The translations under genes were made by a program, and so were the position numbers. DNA of 63,999 nt, counting the filler, from Folioceros fuciformis (lineage: Eukaryota), in assembly GCA_049999805.1 (NCBI GenBank). It is 10 parts of 10 records of this genome, joined end to end, with 100 filler letters (N's around TTAATTAATTAA, not from the genome) between each part and the next. Parts side by side here need not be neighbours in the genome. Positions count along the whole stretch, not along the records: positions 1 to 5,360 come from JBNGIO010001606.1; positions 5,461 to 10,316 come from JBNGIO010001607.1; positions 10,417 to 15,400 come from JBNGIO010001608.1; 7 more parts are not named here. One strand, written 5' to 3'. A model generated the notes under the pieces. It saw only the letters and a list, made by a program, of their open reading frames with translations, was not told the DNA's origin and ran no database searches. This document shows, one piece after another, positions 1 to 10,487 of this stretch (its first letter is position 1; every line of letters starts with the position of its first letter).

Positions 1-589
1 AATTCCAAGACTCAGTTAGCGGGGTCGAATTCTTCTTTCGTGCAAGCCTCTGAAGGTGAGTAGGCACGCGCAATGGGTGATGAGGAGATGGAGACGCAAC
101 TCCGTCACGTCTGTCACCGAACACACACGTGCCGGTGATGGGAGCGTCGACCAGGACCCATTTCACAGCGGGCACAGAGGCAGAGGCTGCTGTTTCTAGC
201 CTTTCTTGTAGCCCACCGGGACTTGCTGAGGAAGGATGCTTAAGCATGTTCATAGGCATTGTTGTCATTAATTATTCTTATTATGTTCCTCGGTTTGTTT
301 GTTATTTTTAATGATTAAAAAATTATATTCAAAAGAAAGTTCTATTTCAACAATGGATTTTAGTAATATGAGCCATAGCGACGAGATATGAAAAATGAAA
401 ATATTCGTACTTCCTTCTCCTTTGATGGAGCAAGCTGATTGGTGTGGATAACTTGGAAGAAAATGATTATATTTTTTGCTAAAATATTGAGTTATTTCTG
501 GCTACCACTACGATTAATATGGAGTTAATTTTCTTGAGTTCCTTATTACGCTACCGTGGTATCAAGTGCATGGTGCATACTTGGGCACT

Positions 590-3563
590 ATAGAGGATAT
601 GTTATATAAACTATCCGTCCAAACAAGATCCTCACATTATAGAATTAATGTAGCTTTTTAGAACTCTGTCACCTCCAATACAGCTGTACTTTGGCATTGT
701 AGATTAGGACATCCTATTAGCCAAAAGCTTGTACAAATGTCTAAGGGTAACCTTTATAGAAACCCTTCCCTTACTAAGATAAAATCATTATCACGGTTCC
801 AAAATAACTCTCCCCAGAGAACTAACATTTGTGACCCAATTTCTGCACCATCCTTTAGTGGTTGCAGATACTTCATTACCTTCATTGATGATTTCTCCCA
901 TTTTACCACAACATACATCTTCAAGCACAAAAGTGAAGCTTTTTAGTACTTTAAGGATTACATGATATGGGCGGAAAGACTTACAGAGAAGAAACTCAAG
1001 ACCCTCAATTTTGATAATGGATGCGAGTTTATATCAAATGCTTTTACTAATTTTTGTCGAGCTCAAGGTATAGCTCAACAACTTACAGTGGTATATACAC
1101 CTCAGCAAAATGACGTAGCAGAGAATAAGAACCTACGACTTCAAGAGATAATAGGTTGCTTGCTTTCCCAAGCTAGATTAATTAAACCATATTGGGCAGA
1201 AGCAACGATAACAACAACATATTAACAACAACAAACCTCAGCGATTAAAGGTATGACACCTTATGAAGCATTCACTGGAAGAAAGCCTTGCATCGACCAC
1301 CTTCGGGTGTTTGGCTGTATGATGTATGTTTATATTCCTAAACCATAGTGCAAGAAGTTAGATGATAAGTTTGCCAAATATACTTTTATTGGTTATACAG
1401 AAGATATCAAAGGATACAAATTATTTTGATCCAGCTACTAGGAGACTCATTTACGCCCACATCGTTACTTTTCATGAGTCTCCCATATTATCTCTAGTGA
1501 ATTCAAGATCTCCTGTTTTTGTTCCAGACAACAATCATCTATCCTCATCCTTTGGTGATGACAAATTTATTAGCCTATATTACTCTCCTTCCTCTCCTTT
1601 GGTTGAACCTATATTGCAGGAGGAGGAGGAGCCACCTTCTCCACGATGACCCACTACTCGAGATCCAGATAAGGAAATTCCTCAACACCTTGACGATGTT
1701 CATGATATCTCGGATGATGACTTTTCTGAGCCTGAATATCTGGATGCAGATGAGCCGGTTCCCCCTATAGATGAACCAGCTCCTGAAGCATCTGAAGAAG
1801 AGAACTCTTTAGAATAAGTCATCAACGAAGATGCACAACTTGCACCAAGGTACAACCTAAGAACCAGACCTGTTGTCTCTAGGCCTGTAGGATGGAAGGA
1901 ACCACCTTTAGGATACCTTACTACTTTTGATGATCCCTCCTCACCTTTCTCCCATTTTCATCAAGCTGTTTATAAAGCTACAATTGATCCTGAAGAGCCT
2001 CTAACCTTGAAACAAGCTCTTTCCTCTCCCGAGAGTATTTATGGAAAGCCGCAATAGACTCTGAGTATGATTCCCTAGTTAAGAACTCTACATGGGAATT
2101 AGTCAAACCACCTAGAGGGAGAAAAATAGTAGGAAGCAAATGGGTCTTCAAAATTAAACATAAGGGCAATGGTTCCATTGAGAGATATAAGGCAAGACTA
2201 GGAGCCAGAGGTTTTACCTAGATACTGAGTTTAGATTACATACCCTGGGCTACCTATGCTCCAGTAGCAAAGTTTGCCTCCTTTAGAATGATAATTGCAT
2301 CTTCATATGATGAATGTCAAAACTGCTTATTTGCATGGATGCATCCAAGAAGAAATATACATGAAACAACCTGAGGGTTATGAGGTAAAAGGCAAAGAAG
2401 ACATGGTATGTAGGCTAATCAAAGGTCTCTATGGCCTAAAACAATCTGGAAAGGAATGGAACAAGGATATATGACAAGCTCATCAAGTATGGCTTTATAT
2501 AAAGCAAAGCTGATGCAAGTATGTATATTTTAAAATCAAAACATAACACACTTTACCTCTTACTTTATGTGGATGACTTATTTTTAGCATCATCATCACT
2601 TTCCCACCTAGCTAAAGTTAAAGCTTGGTTAAGAAGCCACTATGAAATGACGGACTTGAGAGAACTCAATTATGCTCTTGGCGTGAATATTGTAAGGGAT
2701 AGAGGTAACAAATTCATTTCCTTAGTTTAGACAAAATATATGAAGGAAAGTTTAGCCAAGTTTGGACTTGAGGACGCTAAACCAGCAGCCACACCATTTC
2801 CTAGTGGCACAAGGCTCACTTCATACATGAGCCCCAAAACAAATGCAGAAAAAGAAGAAATATCAACAATACCATATAGACATGTTGTTGGTACCTTAAT
2901 ATATTTAAGCAACTTCACAAGACTAGATATATCTTTTGAAATTAGTGCAGTCTCACAATTTTAGAGAATCCTAGAAGACAACATTGGCAATGTGTCAAGA
3001 GAATATTCAGGTATCTAAAGGGGACTATGTGCACAGGATTGATGTACAAGCACACACCTAGCATATCTAAGTTAACCTTAAAAGCGTATGTTGATGCTAC
3101 CTACGCCGGAGACCCAGATAGCCGTAAATCTATATCTGGCTATGTCCAACTGCTAGGGAGAACTCCCATCTCATGGTCAAGTAAGAAACAACCAACCATT
3201 TCTTTGTCAAGTACCGAGTCAAAGCAGAGGGTCCTAACCTCAGTCTCCAAAGATATAGACTGAAGTAGGTTAGCATTGAGTAAGCTAAACTATCCTCAAG
3301 ATGGACCCACACCTCTCTTCAGTGATAGTCAGGGCGCTATAGCTTTAGCAAGAAACCCTATTTTCCATTCTAGGACCAAGCATATAGCAGTGGAATATCA
3401 TTACATACGAGAAATGTTAGAAAATAAAAAAATAGATATAAATTATATACAAACCCAAGACAACCCAACTGACCTATTAACCAAGTCATTAGGGAGGGAT
3501 TTACATTCAAAACATATGAAAATGCTAGGTATACAAGAGGTCAAAAGTAGCTTAGCAAGCTAG
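590..3563 (+). mobile_element. Degenerate Ty1/copia pol remnant (GAG-pre-integrase, integrase, RT, RNase H)
   Basis: LWHCRLGHP at ~690; RYFITFIDDFSHFT and DNGCEF...YTPQQNDVAE integrase motifs; WELVKPPRGRKIVGSKWVFK and LLLYVDDL RT motifs; YVDATYAGD...WSSKKQ and RTKHIAVEYHYIRE RNase H motifs. Copia domain order; many stops and frameshifts. Confidence 0.93.
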
Positions 3564-5166
3564 CTAGTGGAGATAACTAAAAATCCTATAATCCACAAAG
3601 CTTGTCAAGCATTGAAAGTTCCTCTTCTAACTCTAAGAAGTCTTCACAGTACTACTTAGTCTCTCTCTCTAAAGCCCAGTAGGATCCTACAGTAAACACT
3701 AGATGTTAAGTGATAAAATGATGTTGAATAAAATGTCTTTTACGTAATTAGAAAACTTACTATATAGGTGTTTAGTGTGTCCATCATATTCCTCACATGG
3801 TGAAGCACCTAACCACATCATTTTTATTCCTTTCTTGTGACACATATTCCATGGGAGCTTCATGATCATCTGGTTTCCCTTGGAGTATCAAGTAGGTGGG
3901 CTTAAATAGATTCCCAACTAGTAGGTAGAAATTTGGTATTTTCTTTTTTGTACTTGCTTTCTTTTGAGTGGCTTGTAGTGGGACATCAAACCTCATATGG
4001 CTTGTGCCTACACATTTATTTACATCTGCAATAGAAGTAGAATTTTTATTAGAATAAAATGCTAGCTTTTAGCTTACATATATAGGTATCTCTACCTATC
4101 TTCCTGTCCACTTTTTTTTTTTGGTGAAGAAAAAATCTGATTATTCACATCCTAGGGTGCCGCAAGGGTACAGTAGTTATGCATGCAACTGAATGAGAAG
4201 TTAGCATGCAAGCTAAATGTACTCTGCAAAAACGAGTACACCTGATCTATCCTACGGACGGGAGATACCCGGTGCTAATGGTGCTTGCCTGCCTCAAGGG
4301 CAGGCGTGGTCCCACTGGCCATTGTGCTGGAGGAAGCCTACTAGCTTCCACTCTTTTCTTCTGAACTTAGAGTGGGCGGAACCCATTGGCAATCAGTGCC
4401 CGGGGTTTTGCCTCCACAGATGGCAGAGGAGGTGAAGCAAGTGCTATTACAGCACGCCCAGGTGGGCATCAATATGTGGGGGGCTTACCCCATGGAAGAT
4501 AGGTCATGCGGTTCCGACCAGGAGGTAGATGGACCCCTACCAGACTTTGACAAAGCGGATCTTGTGTCTAAACCCTAAACAGATGATAAAGGAAATCTCT
4601 CTTATAGGTCTCTAAATATAGAGGGGTTTCTGGAGGAGAGAGGTAGAGAGGAAGAAGCAATCGGTGGAGTAGCCCTGAGAGGGATTACTATGCTCTATAG
4701 GGCTAGGCGGGCGGGTCACTAGCTTACACAGGAAGGGCAAGGCAACAGGAAACAGACCCTACAACAAAGTCCAGTAAGGTGTTGGTCTCGCTTGAAGGAG
4801 AACCGAGAGTTAGTGATGCGTCCTAACCTCTATACGTGGCCTGGGAGCTCAGGAAGTAAGCAAGAAACCGCGAAGTCACTCTTCAACTTTTCGTCGGCTG
4901 TCATTTACCTCTGGCTGGTGCGTGTGCAAAAATCTCTTCGGCGAAGTCAACTGGCCCCTAGGTTGAGGCTGTCCCAGGGTCGGCAAAAGGGAACACACTC
5001 CCCTCTTGGATATCTTCCCCCACAACCTTACTCGACACCATGAGACATGGCCGGCCTCCAGCACTTGTCCAAGCAAGGAACAAGAGTGGACAGGTCGAGA
5101 GAAAGACACATCCTTTACAATCAAGAGCTAGGGGCAAGCCCCTACACCCTGGTCATTACACCTTGT

Positions 5167-5330
5167 GATCCTACCAGACACTATACAACCGGCAACACGC
5201 TGCCCGCGATCCTACCAGACACTGTATAGCCGGCAACACGCTGCCTGCGATCCTACCAGACACTGTACAGCCGGCAACACGCGGCTTGCGACCCTACCAG
5301 ACGTTGCACAGCCGGCAACACACTGCAGGT
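5167..5330 (+). repeat. 41-bp tandem repeat, ~4 copies
   Basis: GATCCTACCAGACACTGTAYAGCCGGCAACACGCTGCCYGC-like units at 5167, 5208, 5249 and 5290. Confidence 0.9.
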
Positions 5331-5360
5331 CCTAAACCAAGCAGGGACAGACCACAAGAG

Positions 5361-5460
5361 NNNNNNNNNNNNNNNNNNNNNNNNNNNNNNNNNNNNNNNN
5401 NNNNTTAATTAATTAANNNNNNNNNNNNNNNNNNNNNNNNNNNNNNNNNNNNNNNNNNNN
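5361..5460. other. Artificial contig-joining spacer (44 N + TTAATTAATTAA + 44 N); identical spacers at 10317-10416, 15401-15500, 20586-20685, 34652-34751, 40083-40182, 45936-46035, 54481-54580, 60035-60134
   Basis: Nine identical 100-nt blocks; TTAATTAATTAA places stop codons in all six frames, a standard concatenation linker. Confidence 0.98.
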
Positions 5461-6253
5461 GAAGTTGTCTTCGAAGAGCTGAGATTTCTTGAGTGAGGAG
5501 AGCTTCTTGCTTCTCCATCTGTCGGAGTTTCTTCATCCAGTGAGCATTGGAGGGTGTAGCCTCGCGCTTAACCCGTCTCAGCCCACTTGAAGCGTTGTCG
5601 TGATGAAGGCGAAGAGGTGCAGCATTTGGACGGTAGTGTGTGGCAGCTTGTGCAGGAACACCGTCTTCGACAGGAACAGCTGTTGGAGGAATAGCACGAG
5701 CAGCCACCATAGCAACAACAACATGTCCAAGGACCTCAGACTTCTCTATAGCAGGCGGACTCGGACTGATCTCGAAGCTGGAACCTGGCGCCAAAGCTGG
5801 TGCCACAACTGGCTGTCTCAAAGACCCTAGCGCAGCTCCAGATGGATCCATCTCATCGAGCTCTTGGAACCTGAGACAGAAGATGGCGTCTTGTATTCCT
5901 GAGCTGAGATTTTAAGCCAAGGATTCGATGTTGACATGCGTGAGTGGGAGTTGAAGTACTGTTTTGCAACTCGTGTACGTACTGCGCTGGCGAACAATTA
6001 ATTTCAATTCGATTAATAAACATTTATAGAGTACCTAAGCACTTCGCAATGAGTGGGAGTGTTGAGTAGTTAATTAGTGGTTAACTTACATTGCTACTGT
6101 GCTTAGGGTTAGAACCTCAGGCAGTTAGGTTAAGTTGACAGTTATAACTACCTGTGCTATTTAGAGACTCGGGCAAGACCCAGATACTATCCTTTCTTTT
6201 TCAATTCTATTCTTCCTGGATGTGAGTGTAGAATACACTTTAATATGTGAACA
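5461..6253 (+). mobile_element. 3' end of a + strand copia-type element: 3' extension, polypurine tract (6051-6059) and ~194-bp LTR (6060-6253)
   Basis: GAGTGGGAG is followed directly by TGTTGAG; the segment ends ...TGTGAACA at 6253, where the minus-strand integrase sequence resumes. The PPT closely matches the one at 45651-45659. Confidence 0.65.
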
Positions 6254-8169
6254 CTCACTCTTTGCTGGAGTACTCTTAACAGTACTCTCCCTTATGGGTT
6301 CATCATAGGGTAGTACAATTGAGTTGCTATACAAGGAGGCGAACTCATCAAATACCACATCCCTGCTTATTAGGATCTCAAGTGTGGATGACACATAACA
6401 CTTATATGCTTTCTTATTTCGTGCATACCCCCTCTTCACTGCTTTAGGATCCAGCTTCTGATGCTTCTCATCAGGTACATGCACATATGTAATGCACCCA
6501 AACACTTTCAAGCGCCTAATATCCGGCTTACAGTCATATAGTCTCTCAATTGGTGTAGCATCATGAATTTTTGCCGTAGGAGTTTGATTCAGTACATACA
6601 CTGTTGTCATCACTGCTTCTGCCCAATAATCATTAGGTAAGCAATTCTCATTCAGCATGGCCCTCGCTGTTTCCATGACTACCCTGTTCTTCCTCTCTGC
6701 AACATCATTTTGCTGTGGTGTGTATCAGCAAGTCAACCAACCTTTCCACAGTAGTAACACTCCTTGTCTCTATTGGAATGGTCATGAGATGGAAAAGAAC
6801 CATCTCTTCCTCCTGTGGCTCTACCTGCGCCTCTAAAACTTCCAGATCCTCTCTGGCCTTGCGCATTTCCTCCACTCCAATTGTCTTGCTGATTCTGCGT
6901 GTTCCGAGCATCACCTTGTCCTCAGAATGAACCACGACCTCTGTGGCCTCTCCCACGCTGGTTAGAAAACAAAACAGTGTCTCTCCCTTGAGATATACCT
7001 GAACCTGTGTTCAAACCAAGCTTAACTTCCTCATGCAGCAACAAAGCCACCAATTCATCCCAACTTGGGGACTCATCTCTCACAAAGATTGATGTGTCAA
7101 AGGACTTGTATTCCTTGCCAAGTCCGTTCATAGTAACTGCAACCATGTCATCTTCCGTCACACTTGCACCGATTGTAGCAAGCTGATCACCTATGGTCTT
7201 CACCTCTGTTGTATACACGAGTATGGATATGCTACCTCGTGACAAGTTGTTGAACTGCTGCTTCAACTAGATTTTCCTAGCATGTGTGACATTCCCATAG
7301 TTCCTCATGAGTATGTCCCATGCATCCTTCGGAGACTCACATCCCGTGATCTGTATGACCATAGCATTTGAAATACTTAAGGAGAGCCAATGTAACACTT
7401 TACATGCTCTCTCAGTCCAATGCTTGTGTGCAGTCTTTTGCTCCTGTGATGGAGTACAATCCATCTCCGGTTCACTCTCATCACTTGTGCAGAGGTCCCA
7501 ATAGCCTCTACTTGTCAAGAAGTTCTTCATCCTGAACGTCCACAAAGCAAAATTCTTGTTATCCAACTTCTCTCCCACAACCTGAGAGATATTGTCTGAT
7601 CCCTGCACATTAGCCATGATTCAGGCTCCTTTACGCACCAACACTTGTTCTGCACCTCAGTTCAGTTGCATTCTCTTGTTTGCTGTGCCACCAAGTCCCT
7701 TGTGGACAAATTGTCAAAACACTTTCATGCCTCTTCCAACAGATGTTTTTGACAATCTTGAGTGCAATTCCTTGCACTGCTGTAGAGTTCTAGCACTCCA
7801 CAAGCCTCAATCAAATCTCAACAATTCCTGAATGTGTAGCTGACTCTTAAGCAAAAACAACCTTTGCTCAAGCTTTCAAAAAACAAAAAAAAACAAAACA
7901 CTGTTTGCCAAGTTCAAGCCTTCCTCCTCGCAAATCCTGGGCCTGCTGTGGCTTCCACGGCCTGGTTGCCTCCAGTAGTTGCTGCTCCTCTTGAGTCTCT
8001 CTCCCTCTCGCGCCTCTCACGCGCTCTTGCACCTGTGGCGCTTGTTGTGGCTTCCTACGTCGCCTATGTCGTTGCGCCTCTCAATGGCTTGCGTTGCCAG
8101 CCACCTTCACGCTCACAGCCATAGCCTCAAACCCCCACCATAGCCACCATGGCCGCCGGCGCTCTCTCT

Positions 8170-8182
8170 GGCTCTGATACCA
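8170..8182 (-). other. Primer-binding site complementary to tRNA-iMet
   Basis: Reverse complement reads TGGTATCAGAGCC, immediately after the LTR end ...TTTCAACA. Confidence 0.92.
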
Positions 8183-8433
8183 TGTTGAAATAGCACCACT
8201 TGCTTTGATGGACTCCACAGTCCATTACTTATGGTGCACAGGATGCTACATATATAGTCTTCAGGCAGGGCATCCCTCGATAAGGTAAGCCTTAGTCTTG
8301 AGGGTGCCATATCCTGGTATATCCTGATAACACTTAGGTGGTAGATACCTACGAGTTCAATATGGGATAATCTACACTATCCTAAGTGTTGTATACTCTT
8401 AATAACAATTCAGTTAGAGCTTGATTTCTAACA
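8183..8433 (-). repeat. 5' LTR (~251 bp) of the minus-strand copia element
   Basis: Minus strand starts TGTTAGAAA and ends TTTCAACA (terminal inverted repeat), abutting the PBS. Confidence 0.8.
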
Positions 8434-9079
8434 CGTGCTCGTTTCCATTCTCCCGTCCCTTTTTCCTTTTCTCATTTTTTTTCCTTTTTTATCTTTTTCC
8501 TTTTTCCCACTTAATTCTTCTTCATTCTTCCTTTTTTCCCTAATTTTCCTAGAATTTCCGGCTCCACTTCATCCTTAACTTATTTGACATGCTTGTCAAT
8601 TCAAGGACTATCCATGCACTTTTGGGCCAGACTTTGGTAGTCATGTAAGCCTTTTCATTGATCCCATTGTCGCCACAAACATCACTATTTTTGTGTTTCT
8701 CTTCCATTATTGGGTTCTTGCTCTCTCCAACCCTTTTTCCTACTGAGCTCATTGCTCTTACTAGCACTGTGGGGCTTTGGCCACAAGGTTGTCCAAGAGT
8801 GAAGTTGTTCAACTATCTTGTGAAAATTTACCAATTTTGTTGTCATGTCGGTTAATTAGATCACTTGCTTGCTTGTTATTTTAATTTCTCAAATTGTAGC
8901 AAAGATTAGCAAAGGCACCTTCCCACTAATACTTATGTTGTATTCTTCCTGGTGTGAGAGTAGCTTACCTTGCGTCAGTTATACTTATGGTTCTTAACTC
9001 AATACAACATTTTTTATGATTGAAGAAGTTAGTATGAGGACCTAAAGATTTGTCTCAAGGGAAGGCTATAAAGCAATTG

Positions 9080-9480
9080 TTGTGGGAACTAATGGAGATG
9101 GTTGCAAGTAAAATGGAGGTGATTGTCGGGAATAGATCACAAATGAAGAACAAGAGAGTAGCAACCCAACACTCAAGAGGCAATGCCCACTTGATCTAAG
9201 ATATCTCATATGCCAGCATTCAATGGCTTCAAAGAAACTAGTAGGCTGCAGGTACTTTTGTTAATGGGGAAAAATACTAAACTTTCATGTTTTACATTTG
9301 CTCAAAGGCAAGCATTGTCAATCTTATGGAGGGAAACAATAATATTGAAGATCCAAAGGTAGTGCACCTTTATGGTGTTTACATGGAGTACATATCAAGA
9401 CTCATATCTAGTTCAATTGCATACTCATAAACCAAGTGTGGAAGCCTAAGCATTTTGAAGGTTAAATGCCCTTCAAAACT
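9080..9480 (+). pseudogene. Possible degraded YqaJ/lambda-exonuclease-like nuclease fragment
   Basis: Scattered frames give GTNG..WLQVKWR*LSG, MPAFNGFKET and KCGSLSILKVKCPSK, resembling YqaJ W...R...LTAS, FxGN and G.LEVKCP motifs; heavily interrupted. Confidence 0.3.
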
Positions 9481-10487
9481 CTATTTGTAGGTGAGCATGT
9501 AGCGGGAAATCATTCTTTTCAATTTTTGTTCTTAGTGTACACCATTTGCACTACGATACAATGCTTTAAAATGCACATTTTTTAAAACATGTAACCTACA
9601 TGTGAATATATGGAAATACAAATGCAATGAAACCAATGGTTTTTAGCCTTTGTAGCTATAGCAAAAATTGGTCTCAAGTTTTGGGGGAAGCCATTGTACA
9701 TGACGACTCTTAAAATATTATGTTGTTAAGGGTTATTTCATCAATGGCCATTGATTTTGAAAAGGGAAAAATAGTACTACAATTGTACCATAAGCTTCTA
9801 ATTGTAGAGCTAGTTTCTTACATGACACACCACAAATATGAGGGCACCCATGATAGATAAAGCAACAAAGGTGAGTGAAACCATGCACAAAATTGTTGTT
9901 TGCATGAGGAACATCAACAAACCATGCAAGAATGTGGTGTGATGGATATTGAGAATAATGGCAAAGTAAGCCATCTTTTTGGCATGGAAGAGAAGCTATG
10001 TCTATATGTGTGGAGGCAAAACCCCGGGCACTGATTGCCAACAGGTTCCACCTTTAGTGGCCACACTTCTCCCACTGTCGTTGAGACATTGGGTTTCGTT
10101 CCCAAGAAGGAGCGATGGGGTTCCTTGCTGCTGTGGATGGAGGGTCGGACTTGATCGACTCGATGATGGATTCGAGGGCTCCCCTCCAGCTCCGATCAGG
10201 CGTAGGACAGGCCTCGCTGTCTGGTGGTCAGCTGCACCTCTCTCGGTGCCCACAAACTCACTCCAGTCACTACAACGACCCTAACCTCTTAGATCTGCGA
10301 CTTCCCTCACTCACTTNNNNNNNNNNNNNNNNNNNNNNNNNNNNNNNNNNNNNNNNNNNNTTAATTAATTAANNNNNNNNNNNNNNNNNNNNNNNNNNNN
10401 NNNNNNNNNNNNNNNNCCGTCTCTACGATGAATTGAAGCCACGTTTGTCACCTGAGAGTTGTGACATTGTTTCTTCAGCTGTCGAGA

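Larger units (their letters stand above)
6254..8433 (-). mobile_element. Internally deleted Ty1/copia element: 5' LTR, PBS, gag with zinc knuckle, integrase C-terminus
   Basis: gag EKLDNKNFALWTFRMKNFL (7617-6922, stop at 7267-7269); ECYYCGKVG zinc knuckle at ~6760 joins directly to TPQQNDVAERKNR and METARAML...YWAEAV...LKVFGC. Protease and integrase core are missing. Confidence 0.9.

Noticed and set aside
555-592. Imperfect hairpin followed by CTATAG as a Helitron 3' end truncating the copia
   Set aside because: The hairpin is weak and the terminus is not the canonical CTRR.
5361-5460. TTAATTAATTAA palindrome recurring nine times, and ORFs ending in X...LIN
   Set aside because: Artificial linker inside N-runs; ORFs and gene neighbourhoods crossing it have no biological meaning.
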